Shown here in pieces: positions 12,856 to 30,104 of a stretch of 64,000 bases of DNA (positions are counted from its first letter, which is position 1; every line of letters starts with the position of its first letter). The translations under genes were made by a program, and so were the position numbers. The notes under the pieces are model-generated. The model was not told the DNA's origin, searched no databases, and saw only the letters and a list, made by a program, of their open reading frames with translations. Where the stretch lies: assembly GCF_009914755.1 (NCBI RefSeq), contig NC_060931.1; one strand, 5' to 3'. The DNA is from the human T2T-CHM13v2.0 reference genome, Homo sapiens.

Positions 12856-15800
12856 AAGAGGTGAGGGGTCAAGATGGCAGACTTAAAGCAGATTACCTGT
12901 GCTGCTGTCACGGAGAGAAATCAAAAGGGCTATTGAACACTGACTCACAGCAGCGAGTGAACACAGAGAGCAAAGAGGAGCAAAGCTGGGCAGCAGCCAA
13001 TCTGGAATCAATGTGGATCCAGGAGAAGCTCCACAAGGTAGGAAAGCATGAGGGAGTGACTGAGGGCCTCAGAGGGATTCATGCTCTACACAGGGACCGT
13101 GCTTCTAAACTGAGGCAGAGAGTCACCCAGAGACTTTGCAGAGATAGCTCCAAATTCTCGACCTCTACAATCCTTGGACCTGGAAATAGACCTTCACCAG
13201 CACCATAGCCCCAGTAGAGGCTGCAGTCAGGGTGCCTGGGAGCAGGAAGATTCCTCTGCCCTGCCCTTGCCAGACAAAGACCTGTCGAGCTTCTGGCCAA
13301 GCCATCCCACTTCTATCCAAACTGGGCTACTCCCACTGCCTCTTGTTGCCCAGAATGCCCTGATGGCAGAGCAGGCAACCCCACCTACCCCCACCATTGT
13401 TAGGTGGGCAATGCCTGATGGAGCTTCTAGCTCAACAGGACAGCAAGGCACAGCCTCCTGCTGTCCCAAGAAACACCCAAAGGGCAGGGTGGATGACCCC
13501 ACTCACCTCCACCACTGCTGGAGCTTCCACTCCAGTGGTTCAGCTCCTGCCTGAACTCAGTCAGGGGGTGCAGCCTCCTGTTGTCTAGGAAGCACTTAGA
13601 CAACAGGGAGGGTGACTCCGCCTGCTCCCACTGCTGGTAACCAGGCGGCCAATGCCTACTAGAGCTTCCAGCATCAGCCATCTCACTTCTGCCTGAACTC
13701 AATCAACACATGCAACCTCCTGTTGTCCTGAGAAGCCCCAGACGGCAGGGAGGGGGCGCCCACTCACGTCACTGGTAGTCAGGCTGTGAACGCTTGCCAG
13801 AGTTTCCAGCCCAGTGGTTTTGCCTCTGTCTGAACTCAACCGGTGGGCAAAGCCTCCTGTTGTCCCTGGAAACACCTGGATGGCGTGGGTGAGGGCAGGG
13901 AGTGGTGGTGGTTTTACTCAAACCACCCCCATCTCTGTATTCAGGCCGGCCACACCTGCTAAAGGTTTTAGCTCAGTGGTTCCACTTCTGCCTGAACTCT
14001 GCAGGAAGGCACAACACCTTTCCCCCCACAGGAAGCATCTACATAGCAGAACAGGTGAATCCACCCACCCAGGCAGCTCCTAACTGAGCAGGATTTGAGG
14101 GTGTGGGCAGTGCTAAAGCAGGTGGGAGCCCTCATTCTCAGATCACTGTGAAATGTGACACCTGGGTTCCTAGGGTGGTTGGTGGAGGAACGACGTGTGC
14201 CTCCCTCTACAGGGCCCACCTGACAAGGATACGACCTGCCTGCCAAATGTGGCCCCTGCCTGAGGGAGCCTTGTGGACCAGAATGCCCAACAAAAAAAAT
14301 GCAAGCACGGTGCCTATAATCGGAGGGGGCACCTCCAAGGCCCAGGAGTAGACCAGGTGAGGGGGTCACCTCTCTCCCTCCTCACAACATACCACTACTG
14401 CTAACCGCACCAAAACACACAAGAGTCATACAGTGTACTAAGAACCTCTCCGCTAACAGTCTTAAGCGCCACCTGCTGGATTGCAGCCCAAAATACAACG
14501 CCAAAATATTTTGCTCCCTTATAGTGCCTATTAAAACTAAGGCAAAGGTTCCTGACAGACCCCTACCCTAACCAACGCACATGCACCTCACACCGCTGCT
14601 GCAGTTGCTGACACGGCGCGAGTGACCACGGATCCCACTGCCACGTCCCTACAAAGCGCTCTGGCGGGCAACTTCCAATAGAATATTGAGGCCAGCACAC
14701 TGGAAACACCTTGGCCCCTTCAGCCTAGCAGATTCCTAACCCCAAAGAACCAAAGAACAAAGCCAGGCACCTGTTATCAACCCCGTAAGTTAGAATATGC
14801 AGCCTAGGAGTGCTGAGGTGAGCTTTGACCACCTGAAATCTTACAGAAACAAAACCAATCGACAGAACAAGCCAGTCAATTAAACCCACAATCAAACTTC
14901 CAAGCACATCAAAAAAGGTAAAGACAGAAACTCCTGTGCAATGGACCTCAACTTCAAAGATTAAAGGAACAACATCCCCACAAATAAGAAAGAACCAGCA
15001 CAAGAACTCTGGCAATTCAAAAATCCAGAGTGTCTTCTTACTTCCCAAACACTGCACTAGTTCCCTAGCAATGGCACCAGACTGAAATGGCTAAAATGAC
15101 AGATGTAGAATTCATCATATAGATAGGAAGAAAGATCATTGAGATTTGGGAGAAAGTCAAAGCCCAGTCCAATGATTCTAAGGAATACAACAAAACAATA
15201 CAGGCGATGCAAGATGAAATGGCTATTTTAAAGAAAGCCAAATTGATCTAATAGAGCTGAGAATATCACTTCAGAAATTTTATATATAATCTCAAGTATT
15301 AACAGCAGAATCAACCAAGTTGAGAAAAGAATCTCAGAGCTCTAAGACTGGTTCTCTTAAATAACTCAGTCAGATAAAAATAAAACTTAAAAAATGAACA
15401 AAACCTCTAAGAAATATGGGATTATGTAAAGAGCCCAAATCTGCAATTCATTTTTGTCCCTGAAAGGAAACAGATAAAGCAAGAAACTTGGAAAACATAT
15501 TTGAGGACATAGTCTATGAAAATTTCCCAACCTCACCAGAGAACATTCAAATTCAGCAAATACTCACTCAGGTACAACAGTAGAAACCTCCTGTGAGATA
15601 CTATACAAGACGGCCATCCCCTAGACACATACTCATCGGATTTTCCCAGGTTGAAATGAAAGAAAATGTTAAAGGCAGCTAGAGGGAAGGGGCAGATTAT
15701 CTATAAAGAGAATCCCATTAGGCTAACAGTGGACATTTCAGCTGAAACCATACAAGCCAGAAGAGATTGGGGACCTCTATTCAGTATTATTAAAGAAAAC

Positions 15801-16956
15801 AAATTCCAACAAAGAATTTCATATCCAGCCAAATTAAACATCATAAATGAAAGAGAAATAAGATCCTATTCAGAAAAGCAAATGTTAAGGGAATTCATTA
15901 TCACCAGACCTGCCTTACAAGACATGCTGCAAGAAGTTTTAAATACAGAATGCAAAGATTATTCCTAGCCACCACAAAACCACACTTAAGTATGAAGACA
16001 CTATTAAGCCAGCACACAATCAAATCTGCATAATAACCAGCTAACAACATAAAGACAGAATCAAATTTGCACATATCAATATTAACCTTGAATAGGATGG
16101 GCTGAATGCCACAATTAAAATGCACAGAGTGGCAAGTTTGGTAAACAAGAAAGACCTAACTGTATGCTGTCTTCAGTATGCAATAAAACTCGTACTCTCA
16201 AAGTAATCAGATGGAAAAAAACCTACCAACCAAATGGAAAACAGAAAAAAAGCAGGGGCTGCTATCCTAATTTCAGACAAATCAGACTTCAACCCAATGA
16301 TCAAAAAAGACAAAGAAGGGCATTGCATAATGGTAAAGCTTTCAATTAAACAAGACCTAACTATGCTAAATATATCTGCAGTCAACACAAGAGCACCCAG
16401 ATTCCTAAACCAAGTTCTTAGAGACCTCCAAGGAGATTTGGATAACCACAGAATAGCAGGAGACTTCAACAACCCACTCACAGTGTTGGATCATCAAGGC
16501 AGAAAAAAAACAAAGATATTCAGGACCTGAACTTGACACTTGTCTAAATGGTTCTAATAGACATCTTCAGAACTCTCCACCAAAGGAAAGCAGAACATAT
16601 ATTCTTCTTACCTGCAGATAGCACATACTCTAAAATTGACCATAAAATAAGCCATAAAAAATTATCAGCAAAACAAAACAAACAATAAAAAGAAATGGAA
16701 ATCATACCAGCCACACTCTCAGATTGCAATGCAATAAAAATAGAAATCAACATGAAGAAAATCACTCAAAACCACACAATTACATAGAAATTGAACAACC
16801 TGCTCCTAAGTGACTTTTGAGTAAAAAATAAAATTAAGACAACAATGAAAAAAATCTTTGAAACTAATGAGAACAAAGATAAAACCTACAAAATCTCTGG
16901 GACACAGCTAACACAGTGTTAAAAGGAACATTTATGATGCTAAACGTCAACATTGA
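12856..16956 (+). mobile_element. Nested LINE-1 (L1PA15/16-like), 5' part: long 5'UTR, ORF1, ORF2 start
   Basis: YY1-type CAAGATGGC at 12870; monomer-repeat 5'UTR; ORF1 fragment MLKAARGKGQIIYKENPIRLTVDISAET; degenerate TSD AAAACAAATCATAGA (12841-12855) and AAAAAAAATCATAAA (22931-22945). Confidence 0.85.
13370..14070 (+). repeat. About 5 diverged 120-160 bp tandem monomers in the L1 5'UTR
   Basis: Recurring anchors (C/A)A(G/A)CCTCCTG(T/C)TGTC at about 13451, 13571, 13713 and 13851, and TGCCTGAACTC in most units. Confidence 0.8.
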
Positions 16957-21170
<4,214 letters not shown>

Positions 21171-21741
21171 AAGTTAGAAAGATCTTAAATTAACAAACTA
21201 ACATGACACCTAGAAGAACTAGAAAAACAGAGAAAGCCAACCTTAAAGCTAGCAGAAGACAAGAAATAAATGAAATCAGAGCTGAACTGAAGGAAATACA
21301 GACATGAAAAACTGCAAAATATCCACCTATGACAAACCCACAGTCAACATCTTACTGAATGGGCAAAATATGGTGGCATTCCACTTGAGAACTGGAACAA
21401 GACAAGGTTGCCCGCTCTTACCAGTCCTGTGCAACATAGACCTGGAAGTCCCAGATTGAGCAATCAGGCAAGAGAAAGAAATAAAAGGAATCAAAATAGG
21501 AAAAGAGGAAGTCAGACTATCTCTGTTTGCAGACAATAATACAAATAAATAAGATTTAATACACTAAACAATCCTGTGTTTTCTGAGGAAAATATTCTAG
21601 ATCTGATTAACAACTTCAGAAAAATTTCAGGATACAAAATCAAGGTCCAAAAATTAGTTGCATTTCTATACACCAGCAGCATCCAAGTTGATTGCCAAAT
21701 CAAGAACACAATCCCATTCAAAACAGACAGACAGACAGACA

Positions 21742-21776
<35 letters not shown>

Positions 21777-22930
21777 TTAGAAATACAGCTAACCAGGAAG
21801 ATAAAAAATCTTTACAATGACAATTTTAAAATACTTCTCAAATAAATCAGAGATGACAAAAACAAATGGAAAAACATTCCATGCTCATGGATTTGAAGAA
21901 TCAATATTGTTTAAATGGCCATGTCTAAAGCAATTTACAGATTCAATGCTATTTCTATCAAACTACCAATTACAATCTTCACAGAATTATAAAAAAAAGT
22001 ATTCTGAAATTAAGAATGAAAAAGAGAACAAATAGCCAAAGTAATCCTAAGCAAAAAGAACAGAACTGGTAGCATCACATTACCTGAATTCAAAGTATGC
22101 TACAAGGTTACAGTAACAAAAACAGCAAAGTAGTGGTATAAAAACAGACACATAGAAAAATGGGATAGTATAGAGGGCCAACACATAAAGCTGCACATCT
22201 ACAACCATTTGATATTTGACAAAATTGACAAGCCAAAGCGATAGGGAAAGGACTACCTTTTCAATAAATGGTGCTGTAATAACTGAACTGTCATATGCAG
22301 AATATTCAAACTAGACCCCTTCCTTACACCATACACAAAGGTCAAATCAAGATGGACTAAAAGCTTAAATGTAGAACTTAAAACTATAAAACCCTGGAAG
22401 AAAATCTACTAATTACCTGTCTGGACATAGGCCCTGGGAAACATTTCATGATGAAGACATTAAAAGCAACTGAAACAAAAACAAAAGTTGACAAATGGGA
22501 CCCAACTAAACTAAAGATCTTCTGAACAGCAAAAGAAACTATCAACAGAGTAAATAGACAACCTACAAAATGGGAGAAAATATTTGCAAACTACTCATCT
22601 AACAAAGGTCTAATATTCAGAATCTATAAGGGACTTCAATGAATTAACAAGCAAAAGACAAACAATTCCATTAAAAAGTGGGCAAAGGACATAAACAGAT
22701 ACCTCTCTAAACAAGATATACACATGGCTGTAATGCATATGAAAAAATGCTCAACATCACTAGTCATTTAAGAAATGCAACTCAAAGCCACTATGCTTAT
22801 TACCTGGGTAACAAAATAATCTGTTCATCAAACCCCAACAACACATAATTTATCTATATAACAAACCTTCACATGTACCCCTAAAACTAATCTAGAAGTT
22901 TTAAAAATAATTTAAAAATAAATAAAATGC
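21171..22930 (+). mobile_element. Nested L1PA15/16-like element, 3' part
   Basis: Resumes AAGTTAGAAAGATCT; internal deletions near 21320 and 22790; 3' end TATGCTTATTACCTGGGTAACAAAATAATCTG..CATGTACCCC and A-rich tail. Confidence 0.85.
21724..21775. repeat. (GACA)n(CA)n microsatellite
   Basis: Directly visible. Confidence 0.95.
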
Positions 22931-24610
22931 AAAAAAAATCATAAATGATGTAAGTGGGAAAACATCCCATTCTCATGGATTGGAAGAAACAAGACTGTGA
23001 AAATGACCACACTGATCAAAGCAATCTGCAGACTCAATGCTATTCCTATCAGAATACAAATGTCGTTTTTCACAAAATTAGAAAAACAATCCTAAAATTC
23101 ACACGTAACCAAAAAGGTATCCAAATAGCCAAAGCAGTTCTAAGCACAAAGAATAAATCAGGAGGCATCACATTGCCTGACTTCAAACTATACTACAAGG
23201 CTATATTATCCACAACAGCATGGTACTAGTATAAAAGTAGACACTCCAATGGAATAGAATAGAGATTCCACAAATAAAGCCAAATACTTACAACTAACTG
23301 ATCTTTGCCCAAGCAGACAAAAACATACACTGGTGAAAGGACACCCTATTCAATTAAAAGGGCTAGGAAAATTGGATAGCTACATGAAAAAGAATAAAAC
23401 TGGATCACTATCACTCACCATATACAAAAATTAACTCAAGATTGACTAAAGACTTAAATATAAGACTTAAAACTATAAAAATTCAAGCAGAAACCCTAGG
23501 AAAACTGTTCTGGACATTAACCTAGGAAATTATTTACAAATAAGACTGAAAAAGCAAATGCAACAAAAACAGAAACAAATAATTAGGACCTAATTAAACT
23601 AAAGGCTTCTTCAGAGTAAACAGACAACTTACAGAATGAGAGAAAATATTTGCATACTATACATTCAACAAAGAATGAACGTTCTGAATCTATAGAACCT
23701 ATAGAAAGGGCCTGGAGAAACTACAGAACCTATAGGTTATAGGTTCTGTAAACCTATAGGTTAACCAGAATCTGTAGGTTATCAAGAATCTACAAGGAAC
23801 TCAAACAAATCCTCAAGAAAAAAACAAATAATCCCATTTAAAAAATGGATGAGCAACATGAACAGACATTTCTCAAAAGAAAATATACAAAAGGCCAGCA
23901 AACATATGAAAAAATACTAAAAACCACTAATCATCAGGGAAATGCAAATTAAAGCCACAGTGATATACCACCTTACACCAGCCAGAATGGCAATTATTAA
24001 AAAGTTAAAAAAAAAAAAAGGTGTTGGCACAGATGTGGTAAAAAAGAAACGCTTCTTCACTGCTGGTGGGAATTTAAGTTAGTACAAACTCTGTGGAAAA
24101 CAGTATGGAGATTTCTCAAAAAACTGAAAGTAGATCTACCCATCGATCCAGCAATCCCACTATTGGGATTTCCTACTACTGTAGGAATTTCCTATGGATA
24201 TCCATAGGAAAATAAGTCATTATATCAAAAACATATCTGCATTTGTATGTTTATTGCAGCACAATGCACAGTTGCAAAGATATGAAATCAACCTAAGCGC
24301 TCATCACCTGATGAGTGGATAACTAAAATGTGATATATATTTACCAAGGAATACTACTCAGCCATAGAAAAATAAAATACTGTATTTTGCAGCAACTTTG
24401 ATGGAACTGGATGCCATTATCTTAAGTGAAGTAACTCAGGAACAGAAAACCACATGCAGCATACTCTCATATATAAGAGAGATCTGTGTGTATGCAAAGG
24501 TATACAGAGTGGTATAATGGACATTGGGGCCTCAGAAGTGGTGAGGGTGGGAGGTGGGTGAGGGATACAACATTGTCTATGGGTACAATGTACATTATTT
24601 GGGTGACAGG
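22931..24610 (+). mobile_element. Host LINE-1 part 3: ORF2 C-terminus and 3'UTR (L1PB4-like)
   Basis: [15 protein letters not shown]; 3'UTR GCAAAGGTATACAGAGTGGTATAATGGACATTGG..GGGTACAATGTACATTATTTGGGTGAC; normal tail replaced by a patchwork. Confidence 0.85.
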
Positions 24611-26897
24611 TGACATATATTGTTAAGTATATGTAACAATATACATGTATTGTTTCATCTGTATCCATATGTAATAATATAATTCCATGTAACAATGGAA
24701 TTTTTACATATAGATATATAATTTCATTACTAAATTTTATACTCTACATTGTAAAGTAAAATTGCACTAAAATACTTAGGAAGAAGGAATTGCACAACTT
24801 TTATAAAGTCTAACAACTGATATAATAATTTTGAAAGTTAAAAATTACACATAAACAGAAGAAAAATAAAGTATTTAAATCCATGGTTAAAAAATATTTA
24901 CAATGCCCTTTCAAGGATTCACCTTCTAAACATTTATTCTGTAGAGGCAGTTCCCACAAACCACTATGATGTAAGTCAAACTCCTGGTTTATTTAATAAC
25001 TATGAGGCAGAAAAGAGGTAACCATCTGAGCAAGGTTTATTTTTGTCTAACTAATGGCTATATCATGATGAAAAAGTTGTATATGCTAAGTAATTTTCAC
25101 TTGCTATATGTATTGCTTATACAGTATTATTAATCCCCTAATGAAGAAATATATAATAATATGACATAAAATTATATCAATCATATTGAACAAACTTAGT
25201 TTTTACACGATTTGCTATGTTTAACCAAAAATACCATCCATCCAAATGACTGTGAAGTTTCAAAGAGAAAAAGGACAAGAGTTGTGTTGATACAGTATTT
25301 AATTGGAGGCCTGTTTGGGGCTTATAGTGTTTACTTCTTAATCAGCAATTGGACTTGAAATTGTGGACTTGAATAAGAAATACTGGAACACAGCGACCTT
25401 AGTTGAAACCCTTTATTGGGTTGATGGTAGAAATGGGAATAAATCCTGTAGCCATATGAAAGACATGTAAGCCACAGAGGCAAAATATTGCCAGAAAATT
25501 CTAAAAGCAAATAAATCAGATTGTGTGCACGTAAGTAGAATTTCATAAGAGCAAAATTCATTTCTGTGGTTAGCCTGATTAGATTGAATGGCTCTAATAA
25601 GTATATTCCAGAATTACAACTGAAATCAAACTTTCTATACATATATACTTTTATCTGAGGGGTTTTATCCTCAAATCTTGAAAATAATACAATATTACAA
25701 ACCTAGGCATATAATAAGCTTTTTCTTTAAAATTATAAAAAATGAGATTATTTCTTTTTAAATAATCTTTGCATTTCCGGTAACTATAATGTTTGGTACT
25801 AAAATATAATTCCTCCCTACTAGTTATTGTTTTAAACACCACTGTGAGTCTATGTCATTTTGAAAAGAAAGAGGCAAAATTGATCAAGACTATCAAGAAG
25901 ATATAAGTCTTGCAAAATAATCGAAGGCCTCTTCAAGGAAACATTGACTTGGGAGTTTAGGGAAACAAAGTTTGAAAACAGGGTGAGGGAAGAAATCAAA
26001 GGCAAAACACAACAAGTTTAAATGATGTTATTTTTCAATTAAGATTTCTTGGAGTAAGAAAAGGGAGACACACCGTTTTGCCATTTATCAATTTCATTTA
26101 AAAATTACTAGTAAATTGAACTTAGCTCATAAAATTCTATATTAGTAAGTCAGGAGTCAGTAGATAAGTGAGGAGAGGAGCTATTGTAGGTTTGTATTTT
26201 GAAAATAGTGAAATCAGTGCCTGAATGTAGACTCCCAGCTGAGTTTAAGGAAATATGACATTTATGGCCCTGTATTGTTTTTCTTAAAACTTGTGTAGTG
26301 ACTAAAGTAATCATAAATAATGCAAAGGAGTATTAAAAACTGGAAATTGTAGCTTTATAAAGGAACACCAAAATTTAATAATATTTTAACTTTTTTTCAG
26401 TGATAAATCTATACATCTAACTGGGTAGAAATAGCACTGGACCAGGAGTCATAATGCAAATAATTCTTTCTAATTATCTTTCCATTAATTAACTCTATGA
26501 TCTTAAGCCTGTTTTTCAGCTTATCTGTAACACATGTGTCTAATTTATAATAAAGAAAATTGGAATACATAATTCCAGACAGTCTTTGGAGAACTTGAAC
26601 TTCTTTACCCTCCATAATGGGGAGCATTAAGATGGTGAAAACACAATGTGGAGGGAGGCCCAGCGTATGAGTGCAGTAACAGTAGGGTTAGAAAAGGGTA
26701 GATGCAGAACATGAAACTGAGATTTGAATTACAGAATAAAAATGAGGTATAGTATTATGAATGTGCGTTGAAGCTGCCAAGAACTCAGAATGATAGGTAA
26801 CAAAGATGTAATCAGGAAGTGGAAACAGAGTCAGGAAAAATAAAAGTAGAGAAGTCTAAAAGCAGATATTAGAAATGCATGACTTTTTGTAAACTGA

Positions 26898-27145
26898 TTT
26901 TTTAAATTTTATTTTTAGTTAGATACATAATAATTGCACATATTCATGGAGAGCAGAGCGTTATTTTGATGCATGTATATGACATGTAGCAATCAAACCA
27001 GTAAAATTATATCTATCACCTCAAATATTTTTCATTTATTTGTATTGGGAACATTCAAAATTCTCCCTCCTAATTATTTAAAAATATACAATAAATTATT
27101 TTTAACTATAGTCACCCTATAGTGCTATAAAACATTAGAATTTAA
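26898..27145 (-). mobile_element. L1MA-type 3' end fragment
   Basis: T-rich tail then ATACATAATAATTGCACATATTCATG..ATCACCTCAAATATT..AACTATAGTCACCCTATAGTGCTATA. Confidence 0.75.
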
Positions 27146-27878
27146 TCTATTTTTAATGGGCCAGGTGCATACTTCCAGTCCAGCCATCCAAACACGGAAC
27201 TTTATGTTTAATTTTTCCAACTGGAAAATAAACTGGTTTTAATATTGGGATGCTCTGTAATCCAGCAGGCCTGAGAAATGTTTTGATTTTCTAATGCTCA
27301 TTAAATAGTCCCATTTATATTAAAGCCCAGAAGTTCCTGAATGTCTGCAAAGATTTATCTTAGTTCGAGTTAGAATAATCTATATTTATCAAATGGTTTT
27401 GTTAATTGCAAGAACTCAAATGATTAAGTTATATAAGCCCTTTTCCTATAATATACATGCAAAGCTCATCATAAAAGGAGAAGGCAAAATCACTTTAAAA
27501 GGAGAATCAAATGGTCCAGAAAGATATATATGTATATATATTTTATATATCTTTAAAAATTAATTGACTTGTTCAATCAAAAATTTATTAAATATATATA
27601 TTATTTATATATATATCATATCACAAACATACTCATTATGGAAGAATAACAGGGCACCTTCTCAGTTATGTGGATGAGAGTTGATGAGTTGATAGTATTT
27701 CTTTTTAACACCTTGTGTGCCACTTGGGGATTGTGCTATTCCTCTCCCACTTAGCATTAATAATAATAAGTATCTTAAACTTCTCTTCTGAGGGAGATAA
27801 TGCTTTTGGTTTAATGACAAAATTCCACTGGGCCTCTCATCATTGTTTATCCTATCAATCATCTTTTAAAATGTATAC

Positions 27879-28005
27879 GCACATAGTCCCTGAGCTTTTT
27901 TTGATTTTTTGACCTTATGATGGTGCAAAAGTAATACTTAGTACATTCCTTGACATACAAGGGTTTACTGGGACATAGCCCCATCGTATGTTGAGGAGCA
28001 TCTGC
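27879..28005. mobile_element. Tigger5/MER47-like DNA transposon remnant
   Basis: Right end reverse-complements to CAGATGCTCCTCAACATACGATGGGGCTATGTCCC, resembling the recalled Tigger5/MER47 terminus; left end degenerate. Confidence 0.6.
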
Positions 28006-28269
28006 ATTCTTATTTTTTATGGACAGTGCTTGTCAAGGATTTCCTGTGGCCTTCCTTGGCTGAGAAGATATGCTTTTACTTCATGACTTCCCTACAGGGT
28101 TCTCCTTCTGAGGTTGGCTCAGAGAGTCATGAGGTATTTGTTTTGCCCAAGAAAACAAACAGAAAAGATCTACAGCAGGCAACTGCTTCAATAACTTTCA
28201 TTATGTGTATATAGTAACATATATAAACTTGCAAAAGAAAATAAAACTTTAATTAAACGTCAAAAAACT

Positions 28270-28431
28270 TTCTTTTTTATTATACTTTAAGTTTCAGGGT
28301 ACATGTACACAATGTGCAGGTTAGTTACATATGTATACATGTGCCATGTTGGTGTGCTGCACCCATTAACTCTTCATTTAACATTAGGTATATCTCCTAA
28401 TGCTATCCCTCCCCCCTCCCCCCACCCCACA
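28270..28431 (-). mobile_element. Young L1PA (L1PA3/4-like) 3' terminal 160 bp
   Basis: TTATTATACTTTAAGTTTCAGGGTACATGTACACAATGTGCAGGTTAGTTAC..CTCCTAATGCTATCCCTCCCCCCTCCCCCCACCCCACA; no TSD seen. Confidence 0.92.
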
Positions 28432-29526
28432 TGAAGCTGGAACATCTTAACACCTCCCTTAACACCTGGCATGAGACATATCATAATTCCAGTCACAACT
28501 ATGGTATAACCTTTATTCATAATCACACTGATCAGGGCCTGGTTTTCACTACCCATCCATACGTTTTCCTTATGGGAACTAACATTTCCATTACACCCCG
28601 AAACTCACGTTTACAACCCAGGTGCAGGGACAGGCTTGGTTTGCCTCATGTATCACTCACTAATCACAATATATCTAATTAAAAAATTACTAGTGTCATG
28701 GTATTAAGGAGACAACCTGAGGCATTTCTACCAGTCAATTTGACAAGTGATTGGCAAGGTTCCTCTGCCTTTGCCACCTTAGAACGTGCCCTGTCCCAGG
28801 TCAGACACAAAAGATTCATATTTACTATTATGGCCTTTATAGTCTCAGCCATAGTCATCCTGTCAACTGCTTGGGTTGCTGTTGCATCTATTACTGAATC
28901 AGCACAAACAGCTGCTTTTGTAGATAATCTGGCCAAAAATGTGTCTAGTGAACTTCTCTTACAGCAAGGTATAGATCAAAAAATTCTTGCACATCTGCAA
29001 GCCCTTGAGGCTGCTTTAGAATATGTGGGAGAGTGACAAGATACAGTAGCATTCCGTCAACAATTAAACTGTGACTGGGAACATAAACATATGTGTATCA
29101 CTTCTCTACCATGGAATCAATCAATACATAGCTGAGATGACGTGAAACAACACCTCTGGAGAACCTTTCATAACAATTTAACAGCAGAGGTGAAGCAACT
29201 TAAAATTAAAATTTTAGAATCCCTTCACACCATATATCTGCACACCCAACAAACAGCCATATGGAAGGGTGTACAAGATCATCTCTCCTTGTTAGACATT
29301 CGCTCCTGGTGGTCACTCTTTGACTGGAAAGTAATGTTGCTAATTGTGCTTATGGTTGTTTTATGTTATTTGCTAATCCTAGGATGCAAAGCTGGAATAA
29401 GAGCAGGGACCCCCCCCGCCCCGCCTTAACTGACAAACCCATGGCTAACAAACCTGCGCTCCCCAGTAAAAAAAACAAAAAACAAAACAAAAAAAAACTT
29501 AATGTTGAAAATAAAAAAGGGGAAGA
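28432..29526 (+). pseudogene. env: Betaretroviral (HERV-K HML5/HERVK22-like) env, distal SU and TM, decayed, plus PPT
   Basis: Furin site RHKR, fusion peptide FIFTIMAFIVSAIVIL, heptad QQGIDQKILAHLQALEAAL, CDWEHKHMC loop, TM anchor VMLLIVLMVVLCYLLIL; in-frame stops at about 29034 and 29133; PPT AAAAAAGGGGAAGA at 29513-29526. Confidence 0.88.
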
Positions 29527-30104
29527 TGCTGGGGTTCGATCAGGCTGGTGGAAAAAATATTAGTTATGATAGCCACAAAACCCTTTTGGAAGACCTGAGG
29601 GTTTTCACATGACTTCGGTAATAGACCGGCCTGGTCCCATTACCTTTAGCTAAATAGATTAGAGTAGTAAACAAAGGGAAGTTTATCTTACTAACCTGTT
29701 TACTTATATGGGCTTAAGACTAACCTTTGTCCTACCGCAGGTACTTTACTGCCTCCTACTGCGGGGAGGGGTCAGGGGTCCCTAGAAGTTTATTACCCAC
29801 AAATGGTGTTTGCTTTAGGCCTGGGAACCTGGCCTTTAATCTTTATGTTCTAGTGGTGTTTACTCACAACTTTTGTTAATTAGTCTTACTGAATAAGTGC
29901 AAGCCTGACTATCTGATCCGGGCTGAGTTGCAACTGTTTACAGAACTCAGCTTGGAGCCTGTAAGCGGCTCAGACCCTCAGCTGGACTGGCAGAGCAGAA
30001 TATGTGTGTGTCAGTGTATGTTTTACTCATCCATCGCGGAATCAGGGGTTTGCAGGAACAATCCCCCCGGCAGCTAGTGCCCCCAGGAAAGGAGTGCTGC
30101 CTCA
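29527..30104 (+). mobile_element. 3' LTR, LTR22 (HML5)-like
   Basis: Starts TGCTGGGGTTCGATCAGGCTGGTGGAAAAAATATTAG directly after the PPT; ends GTGCTGCCTCA. Confidence 0.82.

Noticed and set aside
13370-14070. Repeat-spacer (CRISPR-like) array
   Set aside because: Units are homologous over their whole length with no unique spacers; eukaryotic L1 context.
12861-14369. Cluster of overlapping Pro/Gly/Ser-rich ORFs
   Set aside because: GC-rich L1 5'UTR monomer array with few stops; no recognisable domain.
27520-27620. AT-rich self-complementary tract
   Set aside because: Low-complexity (TA)n; pairing expected by chance. Same for 42600-42710.
28698-29429. Syncytin-like domesticated env
   Set aside because: No signal peptide or N-terminal SU, and two in-frame stops in TM.
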